DNA from: an uncultured virus (IMG/VR IMGVR_UViG_3300040971_000013) | Taxonomy: Duplodnaviria > Heunggongvirae > Uroviricota > Caudoviricetes | DNA: 64,000 bases | Virus record (IMG/VR): IMGVR_UViG_3300040971_000013 | Strand: one strand, 5' to 3' | Shown: positions 41,097 through 50,739 of the stretch, piece after piece | How positions within the stretch are numbered: the stretch's first letter is position 1 | Layout: each line of letters opens with the position of its first letter | Translations under genes and position numbers: made by a program | The notes under the pieces: generated by a model | Database searches by the model: none | What the model was told of the DNA's origin: nothing | Seen by the model: the letters and a program-made list of their open reading frames with translations, nothing else

Positions 41097-41338
41097 ATGG
41101 AACTTATTAAAACAAATTGCTTCGACAAAGAAACCGCTGACTTCAAAGTAGTTGTCTATGGGAAGCTGAAAAATCTTTTTGTTGTTGGTGTGTATATACG
41201 TTTGATATTGATTGCTTCTATTGGCATAAGCTGTTTGTCTATGAAAATGGTAAAAAGCGTAGACCAAACCGAGTAGAAGTTTGTCAAATTGAAGCAGAAA
41301 TCCTTTCATACTATTCCGAGGTAGACTACGATGTATAA
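41097..41338 (+). pseudogene. Probable frameshifted early gene
   Basis: Extra dinucleotide in GTGTGTATATAC (41188-41199); the corrected frame ends at TAA 41338, overlapping the next ATG. Confidence 0.5.
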
Positions 41339-41566
41339 TATGAGAAGCAAAAATGGATTCTTGATTGCAAAATTTTCAGACTATATTGGTAAAGTCATCA
41401 TCATGAAGTCTGCTGGTCATTTCGAGCAAAAGACATTTGTGTCTGGGAACTCTCACAAGTGTTATGTTCTTGATGTTGATGGAACCTTTTTCCTTGGAAC
41501 AGAAGGGAGAGAAGACTATATGAAAATATACCTTTGGAAAGGCTGTTATCTATATGAGGCTGATTG

Positions 41567-42163
41567 ATGGCAACTAAATTTACATCTGATTTACACATTG
41601 GACATTATAACTGCGCTGTTAAATATAGACCGTTCTCTTCATTAGATGATATGCATACTGATATTGTAGAACGATGGAATCAAAATATCACAATAGACGA
41701 TGATGTATTTGTTCTTGGTGATATTTTCATGAACGAATATAAGACGTTAGAAAAGGCAAATGATTTTCTCAATCAGTTGAACTTCAAATCTTTTAATGTT
41801 GTTCCAGGCAACCATGATAAGACAAACTTCTTGAGAGAGATTTCCATCTATAGAGAAAAGAATTCTCTAAGTCCTTTTGTAATTCAACCGTATCTATTAG
41901 AAAAAAGATTTCCAGTTGAAGAAAAGAATGCTAAGTTCTATCCTCTTGTATGTTCACATTATCCTCTAGCTTCATGGTCAACTGTTAGTAAGGGTATTGG
42001 GCATGTTCATGGACACTGTCATATGAAATACTCACCAGCTGGAAGAATCCTTGATGTTGGTTGGGATGGATTCTATACAGAACGAGAAAAAGGAATTTGG
42101 TCTGTAGATGAGATCAAAGCATATATGAAAGAACAAGAAATTTATAGCGTAGATTACCATTAG
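41567..42163 (+). CDS. Metallophosphoesterase
   Basis: SDLHIGH, LGD, GNHD, SHYP, HGHCH. Confidence 0.88.
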   Translation: MATKFTSDLHIGHYNCAVKYRPFSSLDDMHTDIVERWNQNITIDDDVFVLGDIFMNEYKTLEKANDFLNQLNFKSFNVVPGNHDKTNFLREISIYREKNSLSPFVIQPYLLEKRFPVEEKNAKFYPLVCSHYPLASWSTVSKGIGHVHGHCHMKYSPAGRILDVGWDGFYTEREKGIWSVDEIKAYMKEQEIYSVDYH

Positions 42164-42200
42164 GAATTACCATTAGGAATTACCATTAGGAATTACTATT
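42153..42200. repeat. 13-bp tandem repeat x3 plus a degenerate copy
   Basis: (ATTACCATTAGGA)3 followed by ATTACTATT. Confidence 0.9.
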
Positions 42201-42622
42201 AAAGGAGATTATATGAATATCGGAACCTGTTCTATTTGTGGTGGAGCTGTTACTACACCAGATATCTGGCATGGAGTTATTCCACCGACACCACGATGTT
42301 CTGGATGTGGTGCAGTTCCAGCAAATACATACGGACCAGTCATTCAAATGAGACCACAGATGATCACTGAGATCGTTAATACTGGACCTCTAACAATCAA
42401 TCTATGAACCTTATAACTTTTCTAACTATCTGGTCATGGATTTTTATTATCTTCGGTGGATTTATTTCTATTATCAACGTACTAATGTTTTGGTACTATG
42501 AATTTACGAACGATGGGCGGTACTATGTTCTTGTCTACGGTCCTAGACATTACTGGACTGTTAAATGGGGTATTCTTTTTCTTGTAGTTGGTCTAACAGT
42601 ATTATTTTCATTGGAGTAAGTA

Positions 42623-42895
42623 ATGAAAATTCGAGCAGGTTTTGTATCTAATTCGAGCAGCAGTTCTTTTGTGGTTCATAAGTCTGAACTTGGTGAGCAT
42701 TATAACGATATTGTAAATGATCTTGAATTGCTCTGTGATGAAGTGAGTGGTGAGTGGGGAGATTCTGGAGAAACTTATACTGAACAGCGTGGATATCTAT
42801 TTGTAGAAACTCATCGTGTCTATAATGAAGTAAAAGAAATCTTTGCTAAACATGGATTTGATTGTAACAATATTGGACTGCGGATGGTTGGCTAA
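42623..42895 (+). CDS. MKIRxGFVSNSSSSSF-family protein (paralog 3)
   Basis: N-terminal motif. Confidence 0.7.
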   Translation: MKIRAGFVSNSSSSSFVVHKSELGEHYNDIVNDLELLCDEVSGEWGDSGETYTEQRGYLFVETHRVYNEVKEIFAKHGFDCNNIGLRMVG

Positions 42896-43812
42896 TGAAC
42901 TTTATTAAGTATACTGATATAGAAAATCATTATCAGAGCAAGTATATTAACTATATGTTAGATAGATATCCTGAACTACGGACATGTAATTATATTGCTC
43001 AGGAGAAAATTGACGGATCTAACTTTCAGATTGCAGCTGATGGTGATACATTTCGGTTTGGATCTCGGAATCATCTACTAGATTCATCTGGCCATTTTCA
43101 GGGTATGAGTTTAGAAGAATTTGCTGATGAACATTTTAGATTCATATATGATCTACAGAAGTTTGCTATTGAACAGAAACAACCTGTCAGAGTCTTTGGT
43201 GAGTTATTCGGTAAAGGTATTCAGAACCGAGTATACTATGGAGAACATAAGTATTTTAGAATCTTTGATATGATGATCGGAGACGAATATCTTACACAAA
43301 AAGAATTCTACAATTCAGAGCTATTCTATGGGCACGATCTAATTGCAGCTGGTCATCCAAAATTACTTACTCTTGAAGAAGCTCTTTCACTTGATCCAAC
43401 AATCAATTCTCTCTATACTGGTCTTTTTTACGATAATCCAAATCCTATGGAAGGATATGTTATTAAACCATGGGAGATCAAGTCTTCTTTTAGAATCAAA
43501 TTGAAGAATCCTTCTTTTGCTGAAAAGTCTGTTGCTAGAGAAATCAAGAATAAAGAATATTCTGATAGAGTAAATGGTCTAAAAGCAAACTTTGAATCTT
43601 ATATCAATGATTCTCGGATCTTGTCGTGTTTCTCTAAGGTTGGACCAATTGAACAGATGTCTCAATTGGGTCATTTTATTTCTTTAATTCTTGAAGATGC
43701 TAAGGTAGACTTTTTCAAGGAGAACGAGACAAATGAATTGACAAAAGAAGAGGTCAAATATATATTCAATTCTGGAAAACAAATTGCACGAATGCTGCAA
43801 AATTATCTTTAA
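42895..43812 (+). CDS. RNA ligase 2 (Rnl2-like)
   Basis: YTDIEN, EKIDGSNF, FGELFG..IQ..VYY, FDM, EGYVIKP, KLKN..F.E. Confidence 0.88.
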   Translation: MNFIKYTDIENHYQSKYINYMLDRYPELRTCNYIAQEKIDGSNFQIAADGDTFRFGSRNHLLDSSGHFQGMSLEEFADEHFRFIYDLQKFAIEQKQPVRVFGELFGKGIQNRVYYGEHKYFRIFDMMIGDEYLTQKEFYNSELFYGHDLIAAGHPKLLTLEEALSLDPTINSLYTGLFYDNPNPMEGYVIKPWEIKSSFRIKLKNPSFAEKSVAREIKNKEYSDRVNGLKANFESYINDSRILSCFSKVGPIEQMSQLGHFISLILEDAKVDFFKENETNELTKEEVKYIFNSGKQIARMLQNYL

Positions 43813-43836
43813 CCTTTAACCCGTTTGGAGTATCTA

Positions 43837-44541
43837 ATGGCAACTATTATTGCAATTTCTGGATTTAAGCGTTCTGGCAAGGATACATTCGCAGAAGAAG
43901 TACGTGATGCACTGTATGGTTATTCTGATATTGGAAGTGTCAATATTGAACCGATGGCTGCAGCTATCAAAAATATTGTTGGACAGATCTATAATGTCAA
44001 TGAAAATTCTTATCTTGATGCTGGTCTGACAAAGGAAACTCCTCTTCCAGAATTGACCAAATACTATTTACCAAAAGTAAAGTCTGCTGTTCCATTTGGT
44101 AGTTACCGTTATGTGTTGGATCTCGTTGGTGAGACAATGAAAACTCTTTTTGGACCAGACGTCTGGGTTGATGCTATCAAAAGATATGTAAATGATACAG
44201 ATTTCTTTTCTACCGATGACGTACTGATCATTCCTGATATTCGATTTGCACAGGAACAAAAGATGTTAGCAGATCTGGAAAAGGAAGGTCATCGTGTGAT
44301 CCGAGTGCTGGTGCTCCGGAAAGAAGCTATTCCTGAATGGGCGAAGCATGGATTGGTTCCTTCTAATCCCGAAGAACTAAAGATTATCAAGAAAGACTTC
44401 CGTGCATCTAATCCTGAAATTGATTGGTGTATTTCAAATCCGAAATTTAATTTTATAGTAAAAAATGATGGACCGATTGAAGACATTGAAGACATTGCTA
44501 AAGAATTCGTGACAAAGTTTTTTAAATCTAATTCCAAGTAA
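43837..44541 (+). CDS. Deoxynucleoside monophosphate kinase (gp1-like)
   Basis: GFKRSGKDT, IPDIRFAQE. Confidence 0.8.
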   Translation: MATIIAISGFKRSGKDTFAEEVRDALYGYSDIGSVNIEPMAAAIKNIVGQIYNVNENSYLDAGLTKETPLPELTKYYLPKVKSAVPFGSYRYVLDLVGETMKTLFGPDVWVDAIKRYVNDTDFFSTDDVLIIPDIRFAQEQKMLADLEKEGHRVIRVLVLRKEAIPEWAKHGLVPSNPEELKIIKKDFRASNPEIDWCISNPKFNFIVKNDGPIEDIEDIAKEFVTKFFKSNSK

Positions 44542-44560
44542 TCTAAAAGAAAATTGATAA

Positions 44561-44605
44561 AAGAGGGTCTTTCCTATTGACAGTGGAGACCCTTTTGAAT
44601 ATTCT
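44561..44605 (+). terminator. Terminator hairpin enclosing the -35 of an early promoter
   Basis: AGGGTCT...TTGACA...AGACCCTTTT; TATTCT at 44600. Confidence 0.65.
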
Positions 44606-44627
44606 GAATCCAACAAGGAGCAATTAT

Positions 44628-45200
44628 ATGAGATACTGCTACATTCATGGATTCAACTCTGGACCGAAAACATCTACATTAGATGCCTTAAGGTCTGCTC
44701 TTGGTGTAGAGGTCTTTGGATTGTCTTACAAATCTCATTTCACGTATTATCAGAACATTGAAAAGCTCTCCAGACAAATCAATGATCTTGGAGAACCATG
44801 TATCTTGATCGGAACGTCTCTCGGTGGGTTTTATGCCAGTCGACTTCTGATCAACTATACTGTTGCTGGTGCAGTCATGTTCAATCCTTGCAACTGTCCA
44901 GCTGAGGAACTTCAACAATTCATCGGACTAAATACCAACTTCTCAACTGGAGAACAGTACGAGCTGACTGATTATATTGTAGATACATATTCTATGGCTA
45001 CAGAATTAGATCTTCGTAATGTCATGAAACCGAAGATGGTTTATCTCGCCAACAATGATGAGCTGATAAATAATTCTGAATCAGAATCGTACTGGAATGG
45101 ATATGCTCAGATAGAATGGTTTGAAGGAAATCATCGAGTCACAGATTTCAGTCCGTTCAAAGATGAAATTCTTTCAATGGAGCATCTTATATATCTATGA
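44628..45200 (+). CDS. YqiA/UPF0227-like alpha/beta esterase
   Basis: YIHGFNS, GTSLGG, NP, DE, EGNH. Confidence 0.85.
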   Translation: MRYCYIHGFNSGPKTSTLDALRSALGVEVFGLSYKSHFTYYQNIEKLSRQINDLGEPCILIGTSLGGFYASRLLINYTVAGAVMFNPCNCPAEELQQFIGLNTNFSTGEQYELTDYIVDTYSMATELDLRNVMKPKMVYLANNDELINNSESESYWNGYAQIEWFEGNHRVTDFSPFKDEILSMEHLIYL

Positions 45201-45736
45201 TAACTTTTTCAGAATTTTTAAATGAGTCTTATGTAAATTTGTTCAAGCCAGATGAGAAGAAAGTATATGCTGATGAAGTGTTTGCTCTACTACAAAATTC
45301 ATATAAGAAAGTTGGTGGTCTGAAAGGATCTGGTTTCAATTCTCCAGATGATATGGTTGCGCGTATTCCGTTCTGGAAGCTTGTACGCAAAAATGATAAG
45401 ATAGTAGCGGCGGTATTCTATAAGGATTCTGGTGGTAGAAAGTTGGTCGCCCTTGGAACTGATGGGTCTCCAGAAGGTAAAGCTGCTATAGTTGATTTGA
45501 TGAAAGCTGAAATTACTAGACAGAGATCTTATTCTGAAGTCTCGGAACCAGTTGTTTCGTTCATCAAGAAATATGTATTGTCTAATCTAGAACAATATAT
45601 GATCCCAGCTGATCAAGTTTCAGAGATTCTTGGGAAGGAGATTCGTATTACTGGAAAGTATACTTATACCCGTGAGATCGGTGGGAATCATCATGAAAAG
45701 CTAATGTTTGGAAAGCCCGGCGTTAAATTCTATTGA
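45197..45736 (+). CDS. Putative internal head protein
   Basis: MITFSEFLNE|S N-terminus. Confidence 0.5.
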   Translation: MITFSEFLNESYVNLFKPDEKKVYADEVFALLQNSYKKVGGLKGSGFNSPDDMVARIPFWKLVRKNDKIVAAVFYKDSGGRKLVALGTDGSPEGKAAIVDLMKAEITRQRSYSEVSEPVVSFIKKYVLSNLEQYMIPADQVSEILGKEIRITGKYTYTREIGGNHHEKLMFGKPGVKFY

Positions 45737-45798
45737 CAGTTTAGATTCTCCTTGTTATTTGTTATTCTCAATGGCAACAATAACAAGGAGATTCTAAA
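45733..45798 (+). promoter_or_regulatory. Ligase promoter with anti-RBS spacer
   Basis: TTTAGATTCTCCTTGTTATT / AATAACAAGGAGATTCTAAA, 19/20 paired. Confidence 0.75.
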
Positions 45799-47135
45799 TG
45801 AAATCCGTCTCTCAAATCCTCGAACAACTCTCTTCTACCAATTCTTCTAACGACAAGTTGAATATTCTCTCAGCAAATTTTCAAAATGAAAAACTGCAAC
45901 GATTCTTTTTCTATGCTTTGAATCCTCATTATGTTTATGGACTCAAAAAGATTCCTGGATATGTAAAGCGATCTGAAACAGTAACAGAAGCAATGGTATT
46001 TCACTTTCTCGATGCTCTCAGAGGACGTGAAATTACTGGTAATAAGGCAATAGAAGAATTGAAAGGGATCCTTGAGAATACATCTAATGACTTAGAATGC
46101 CAGATTCTCAAAATTATCAAGAAGGATCCTGATGTTGGTGTTTCTTCCGGGCTGATTGAAAGGGTTTGGCCGTTACTTTTACCTATCGGAGTAAAACTCT
46201 GCAAGGCACAACCGTATTCTCCTAAAGCAATTTCCAAAATCTCTTTTCCTGCTATCTCTGACCTGAAAGCTGATGGAGCAAGGGTCAATGCTTTTATCTA
46301 TAAAGATCGTGTTGAACTGTTCTCCTCTGGTAGTCTGAAACTTCATGGAGTCAAAATCCTCGAAGATGATATTCTATTGAGTGGAGCAACTGAACACGTT
46401 CTTGACGGCGAGTGTGTTGTTCTTGAAGAAGATATGAAAACCGTTATGCCTCGGAAGAAAGGAAACGGAATCATCACCAAAGCAATCAAGGGAACTATCT
46501 CTCCCGAAGAAGCAAACCGAATTCGTTTTCATGTTTGGGATCTCATTGGATTCAGATCTTATAATGACTCAACCAAATATCCTACTGCTGGATATAGAGC
46601 TCGTCGAGAATCTCTCATTCACAGGATCACTCCATGTTCTCGAGTTGAAATGATTGAGTCCAAGATTGTCAACAATATTACAGAAGCAATTGCTCATTTT
46701 AAAGAGATGCTTGCGCTTGGACAAGAAGGAACCATCCTGAAGAATCTTGATTTCATCTGGGATGGTAAGAGAGTTCAAGATTGTGTCAAGTTCAAACTGA
46801 TCATTGAGAATACTCTGAAATGTATTGATGTCAAGATCTCTATTGAGACCAAATACGAAGGGCAAATTGGAGCTCTGATATGTGAATCTGCTGATAAGAA
46901 GGTTGTTGTTTCTGTTGGATCTGGATTGTCTGATGATGATCGTATTAAATATAGCATGGAATCGCCGATCGGAAAGTTCTTCGAAGTACGTTCTAATGGT
47001 TTGATCTCAGATGAATCTGGCTGGTCATTGTATTTGCCGCGCTTGGTAGAAGAACGCTTTGACAAGTCAGAAGCAGATGATTTTGAGACCATTGAAGCTT
47101 TGTCCAATGGATCACAAATGCTGCTGAATGAATAG
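45798..47135 (+). CDS. gp30: ATP-dependent DNA ligase (gp30-like)
   Basis: KADGAR, LDGE, VWD, EGTILK, VKFK, GSGL, LYLPR...RFDK. Confidence 0.93.
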   Translation: MKSVSQILEQLSSTNSSNDKLNILSANFQNEKLQRFFFYALNPHYVYGLKKIPGYVKRSETVTEAMVFHFLDALRGREITGNKAIEELKGILENTSNDLECQILKIIKKDPDVGVSSGLIERVWPLLLPIGVKLCKAQPYSPKAISKISFPAISDLKADGARVNAFIYKDRVELFSSGSLKLHGVKILEDDILLSGATEHVLDGECVVLEEDMKTVMPRKKGNGIITKAIKGTISPEEANRIRFHVWDLIGFRSYNDSTKYPTAGYRARRESLIHRITPCSRVEMIESKIVNNITEAIAHFKEMLALGQEGTILKNLDFIWDGKRVQDCVKFKLIIENTLKCIDVKISIETKYEGQIGALICESADKKVVVSVGSGLSDDDRIKYSMESPIGKFFEVRSNGLISDESGWSLYLPRLVEERFDKSEADDFETIEALSNGSQMLLNE

Positions 47136-47156
47136 TAAATTACCAAATTCTCTTTG

Positions 47157-47164
47157 TATAAATA
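47157..47164 (+). promoter_or_regulatory. T4-type late promoter
   Basis: Intergenic TATAAATA upstream of thyX. Confidence 0.6.
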
Positions 47165-47191
47165 AATCCCCGCTTAAAAATATGGAGGCAT

Positions 47192-47962
47192 ATGAAAGTT
47201 ACTTTAATAGGTATTTCCATCCCAAACATTCAACAGACTTATCAGGAGGATTGTGATCCAGACAAAGTTGTTTATACAGCATTAGCACAATGCTACAAAG
47301 ATTCTTTCAATCCGTTATCAGACAAATATCCTTCTGTAGAAGAGATGAAAAAGGTCATTAATCATGTAATAAAATCCGGTCACCATTCAGTAGCAGAACA
47401 TGTCTATTTTAGTTTTCTAATTGAAGATGTTAGTAGAGCATTGACGCATCAGTTGGTACGTCATAGAATTGCGAGTTATTCACAGAAATCTCAACGATAT
47501 ACTGATGGATCATTCTTTTCTTATGTAGTTCCACCAACAATTGCAAAGAATGATGAAGCTCGAAAAGAGTATGTAGATCATATGGAATCTACTCAGAAGC
47601 TCTATGCTAAACTTGTAGATTCTGGTGTTCCTCATGAAGATGCTCGGTTTATTCTACCAAACGCTTGTGCGTCTAATATAGTAATGACAATGAATATTCG
47701 TTCATTGGGTGAGTTCTTTGCTAAGAGACTTTGTAAGAGGGCTCAATGGGAAATTCGTGATCTGGCGTCTGTAATGGCTGTTAAACTACAAGATGTTGCT
47801 CCAACGTTTTTCAAAGATAATAAACTTGGATATGCTGCATGTATTCAGAACGGTTTTTGTAAAGAAGGAAAGTCTTGTGGTATGATGCCGAAACTAGACG
47901 ATCTAAAGAATGCTTATAAAATTCTACAGGTACAAAAAGATGAAGTATATAACAGGCGATGA
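47192..47962 (+). CDS. thyX: Flavin-dependent thymidylate synthase
   Basis: GHHSVAEH, SRALTHQLVRHRIASYSQKSQRY, AQWEIR. Confidence 0.95.
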   Translation: MKVTLIGISIPNIQQTYQEDCDPDKVVYTALAQCYKDSFNPLSDKYPSVEEMKKVINHVIKSGHHSVAEHVYFSFLIEDVSRALTHQLVRHRIASYSQKSQRYTDGSFFSYVVPPTIAKNDEARKEYVDHMESTQKLYAKLVDSGVPHEDARFILPNACASNIVMTMNIRSLGEFFAKRLCKRAQWEIRDLASVMAVKLQDVAPTFFKDNKLGYAACIQNGFCKEGKSCGMMPKLDDLKNAYKILQVQKDEVYNRR

Positions 47963-48184
47963 AGCAACAGACTATGTTTCTAAGTTTGAAGTTGAACTGA
48001 AAGCTCTATTAGAAAAGTATAAAGCTGAAGCCAATATAGAAGATTATTGGACTGGATATTCTGAATGTGGCAGAGATCTTCATATTGTATTTGAACTAAA
48101 AGATTGTGGAAAAGGATTAGAATTCGGTTCTTGGATAGATAAAGATACCAAAGGTAAAATTGAATAAGGAGATATATCGAAAGA

Positions 48185-49990
48185 ATGGCTAAAAAGTTAA
48201 AACCAATGGTCCGGTTGAATAAGGATCAGATCGAGCAGAAACAATTATTTATTGATAGCTACAAAGGAGCAAAGAACGCTGCTATTGGATCTTCAGTAGA
48301 TGCTAACTCAAATGTGGTATCTAAAACAGTTGCAACTCTTGGTGCTGAATTATTTAAGGATTTTCATATTCAGATTAATAGAAAAACGGTCTATGATAAA
48401 ATTGCTGAGATGTTCGATCAAGAAACAGCTGACAAATACGTAGAATGGTTAGAAGATCATCGGATCTACAGACACGATGAGACTGCTCAGACTCCTGGGA
48501 CTCCCTATTGTGTTGCTATCAATATGTATCCCTTTCTTGAACATGGTATGACTAGACTTGGCGGAGAATCGAAAGCACCTAAACATTTGGAATCATATTG
48601 TGGATCCTTTATCAATTTGGTCTTTGCTATCAGCTCTCAGTTTGCTGGTGCTGTTGCTACTGTAGAATTCCTATTGTACTTTCATTATTTTGCTAAGAAG
48701 GATTATGGTGCTGATTATCTCCATACAGAAACCGAGAGAGTCAAATCAAAACTTCAACATGTAGTATATTCTTTGAACCAACCTGCTGCAGCAAGGGGCT
48801 GGCAATCTGTATTTTGGAATGTTTCTGTATTTGATAGATACTTCTATGAATCTATGTTTGGTAACTTTATGTTCCCAGACTTCACAAAAGTAGATTATGA
48901 TGAATTTAATGAACTGCAGAAGTTCTTTCTTGAATGGTTGTTGGATGAAAGAACCAAGTCTTTACTGACCTTTCCAGTATTAACAGAAGCTTCTTTGAAT
49001 ACAGAAGATGATGCAAAGGATTTAGAATGGGCTGATTTTATTGCAGAAATACGCGCAAAGGGCTTATCAATGTTTTCTTTTAATGATAAAACCGCATCAA
49101 GTTTGTCCAGTTGCTGCAGGTTGGCCTCAAAGCTAGATGATACTATAAACGATTTCTCGTTCTCACTTGGAGCAGGTGGTGTTAGTACAGGAAGTACTAG
49201 TGTAATTACAATCAATATAAACAATGTACTACAGAAAGGATATGATCTAGAAGAAACAATCAAAGAAGTACAGAAGTTCCAGGTTGCAAATAGAAAACTC
49301 GTAGAAGAATATGTTGCTGACGGACTACTCCCTGCTTATACTACTGGATTCATTAGTCTAGATAAACAGTTTGTTACTCTGGGTGTTCTTGGACTGAATG
49401 AAGCTGCTGAATATCTGGGTTATACTGTTGGCAATAATGACACATATAAGGATTGGGCAGCTGGGATTTTCAAATTGTTTTCTGACATGAACAAGATTGC
49501 AAAAGATAAGTACGGTATCAAATTCAATACTGAATGTGTTCCTGGAGAATCTCTCGGAGTTAAGTTTGCAAACTGGGATAAAGAATCCGGTCTAAAAGTA
49601 AATCGTGACTGTTATAATTCATATATGTATCTACCAGAATCAACTGATACCTCTATTCCAGACAAGTTTCAGTTGCACGGCGGCCAGATTGCAGAAATGC
49701 AAGATGGTGGTTCTGCTCTACATTGTAATCTATCTCAGCTACCAGACAAAGAAGTCTTTAGATGGCTTCGTAAACTTGCTGCTGTCTATGGAACAAAATA
49801 TTGGACAACCAACGTTTTGACATCAGTCTGTGAAGAATGCGGCCATATTGATATGAGAACAGTTGATCTTTGTCAAGCATGCGGATCAACTAATATCAAC
49901 TGGGCTACACGGGTTATTGGATATCTCCGCAAAATTGCCAACTATTCTGAAGGTAGACAGAAAGAAGCTGCTATCAGATATTACCACTAA
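48185..49990 (+). CDS. nrdD: Anaerobic (class III) ribonucleotide reductase
   Basis: PYCV, SSCCRL, PGESLG, CEEC/CQAC Zn site, TRVIGYL glycyl-radical motif. Confidence 0.95.
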   Translation: MAKKLKPMVRLNKDQIEQKQLFIDSYKGAKNAAIGSSVDANSNVVSKTVATLGAELFKDFHIQINRKTVYDKIAEMFDQETADKYVEWLEDHRIYRHDETAQTPGTPYCVAINMYPFLEHGMTRLGGESKAPKHLESYCGSFINLVFAISSQFAGAVATVEFLLYFHYFAKKDYGADYLHTETERVKSKLQHVVYSLNQPAAARGWQSVFWNVSVFDRYFYESMFGNFMFPDFTKVDYDEFNELQKFFLEWLLDERTKSLLTFPVLTEASLNTEDDAKDLEWADFIAEIRAKGLSMFSFNDKTASSLSSCCRLASKLDDTINDFSFSLGAGGVSTGSTSVITININNVLQKGYDLEETIKEVQKFQVANRKLVEEYVADGLLPAYTTGFISLDKQFVTLGVLGLNEAAEYLGYTVGNNDTYKDWAAGIFKLFSDMNKIAKDKYGIKFNTECVPGESLGVKFANWDKESGLKVNRDCYNSYMYLPESTDTSIPDKFQLHGGQIAEMQDGGSALHCNLSQLPDKEVFRWLRKLAAVYGTKYWTTNVLTSVCEECGHIDMRTVDLCQACGSTNINWATRVIGYLRKIANYSEGRQKEAAIRYYH

Positions 49991-50016
49991 AAATAAAAGT
50001 TATTCATCTAAAGCTA

Positions 50017-50082
50017 TTGACAAACAGACTCCGAATGGTTATTCTAATCTTAATTGAACGGAAACATATAACCATTCGGAGT
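50017..50082 (+). promoter_or_regulatory. Early promoter with anti-RBS spacer
   Basis: ACTCCGAATGGTTAT(50028)/ATAACCATTCGGAGT(50068), perfect 15 bp. Confidence 0.8.
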
Positions 50083-50086
50083 TATC

Positions 50087-50347
50087 ATGCTTTACCACCC
50101 CACTTACACCGCTGCAATTTCTACCGCTCTTGATTCCGCTGAAGAACTTGGTTATTCCTATGATGAAAATGAATATTTTGATACAGTAGCTGTCGGAACT
50201 TCTCGTCCAAAGGTTGGAGAGACTTCGAGATTCTCCCTTAGACTTCGCCATAATAGCATGAAGGCATCTGATGCTGATGTATATCTTCATGTGCAGGTCT
50301 ATGGAATGGAATCTGGAGTATATGAACTTAATTTTTATATTCTGTAG
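50087..50347 (+). CDS. Hypothetical early protein
   Basis: GGAG RBS; C-terminal YELNFYI. Confidence 0.6.
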   Translation: MLYHPTYTAAISTALDSAEELGYSYDENEYFDTVAVGTSRPKVGETSRFSLRLRHNSMKASDADVYLHVQVYGMESGVYELNFYIL

Positions 50348-50358
50348 GGGATCACAAA

Positions 50359-50739
50359 ATGAAACTCGCAATCGTTGGATCCAGAACGTTTACTGATTAT
50401 CTGTTTTTAGAATCTACTATAATGACAAGGATAAATAAAAATGTAACGGAGATCGTTTCTGGTGGAGCTCCCGGTGCTGATAGTCTTGCTGAAGATTTCG
50501 CAAAGAAGTTCCACCTGAAAATGAAAGTATTTCCTGCAGATTGGAAAGGGCTTGGAAAGAAGGCTGGATATCTTCGGAATATTTCGATTATAGAATATTC
50601 TGATATCGTAATTGCTTTCTGGGATTTTGTTTCTCCTGGAACAAAATCATCTATTAACATTGCTTATAAGATGCACAAGGAATTACATATCATCGACGTA
50701 CGAACCAATAAAAATGGAGTTTATAATGAAAACATTTAA
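50359..50739 (+). CDS. SLOG/YspA-like (DUF2493-type) protein
   Basis: IVGSRTF, VSGGAPGAD, ADW...AG..RN, AFWD..SPGT. Confidence 0.85.
   Translation: MKLAIVGSRTFTDYLFLESTIMTRINKNVTEIVSGGAPGADSLAEDFAKKFHLKMKVFPADWKGLGKKAGYLRNISIIEYSDIVIAFWDFVSPGTKSSINIAYKMHKELHIIDVRTNKNGVYNENI

Noticed and set aside
41032..41100. Fifth anti-RBS promoter
   Set aside because: Only about 7/8 bp of complementarity (CCATCCTG/CAAGATGG), which is compatible with chance.
42153..42200. CRISPR array
   Set aside because: Short head-to-tail repeats without spacers. The dispersed promoter repeats are not CRISPR either.
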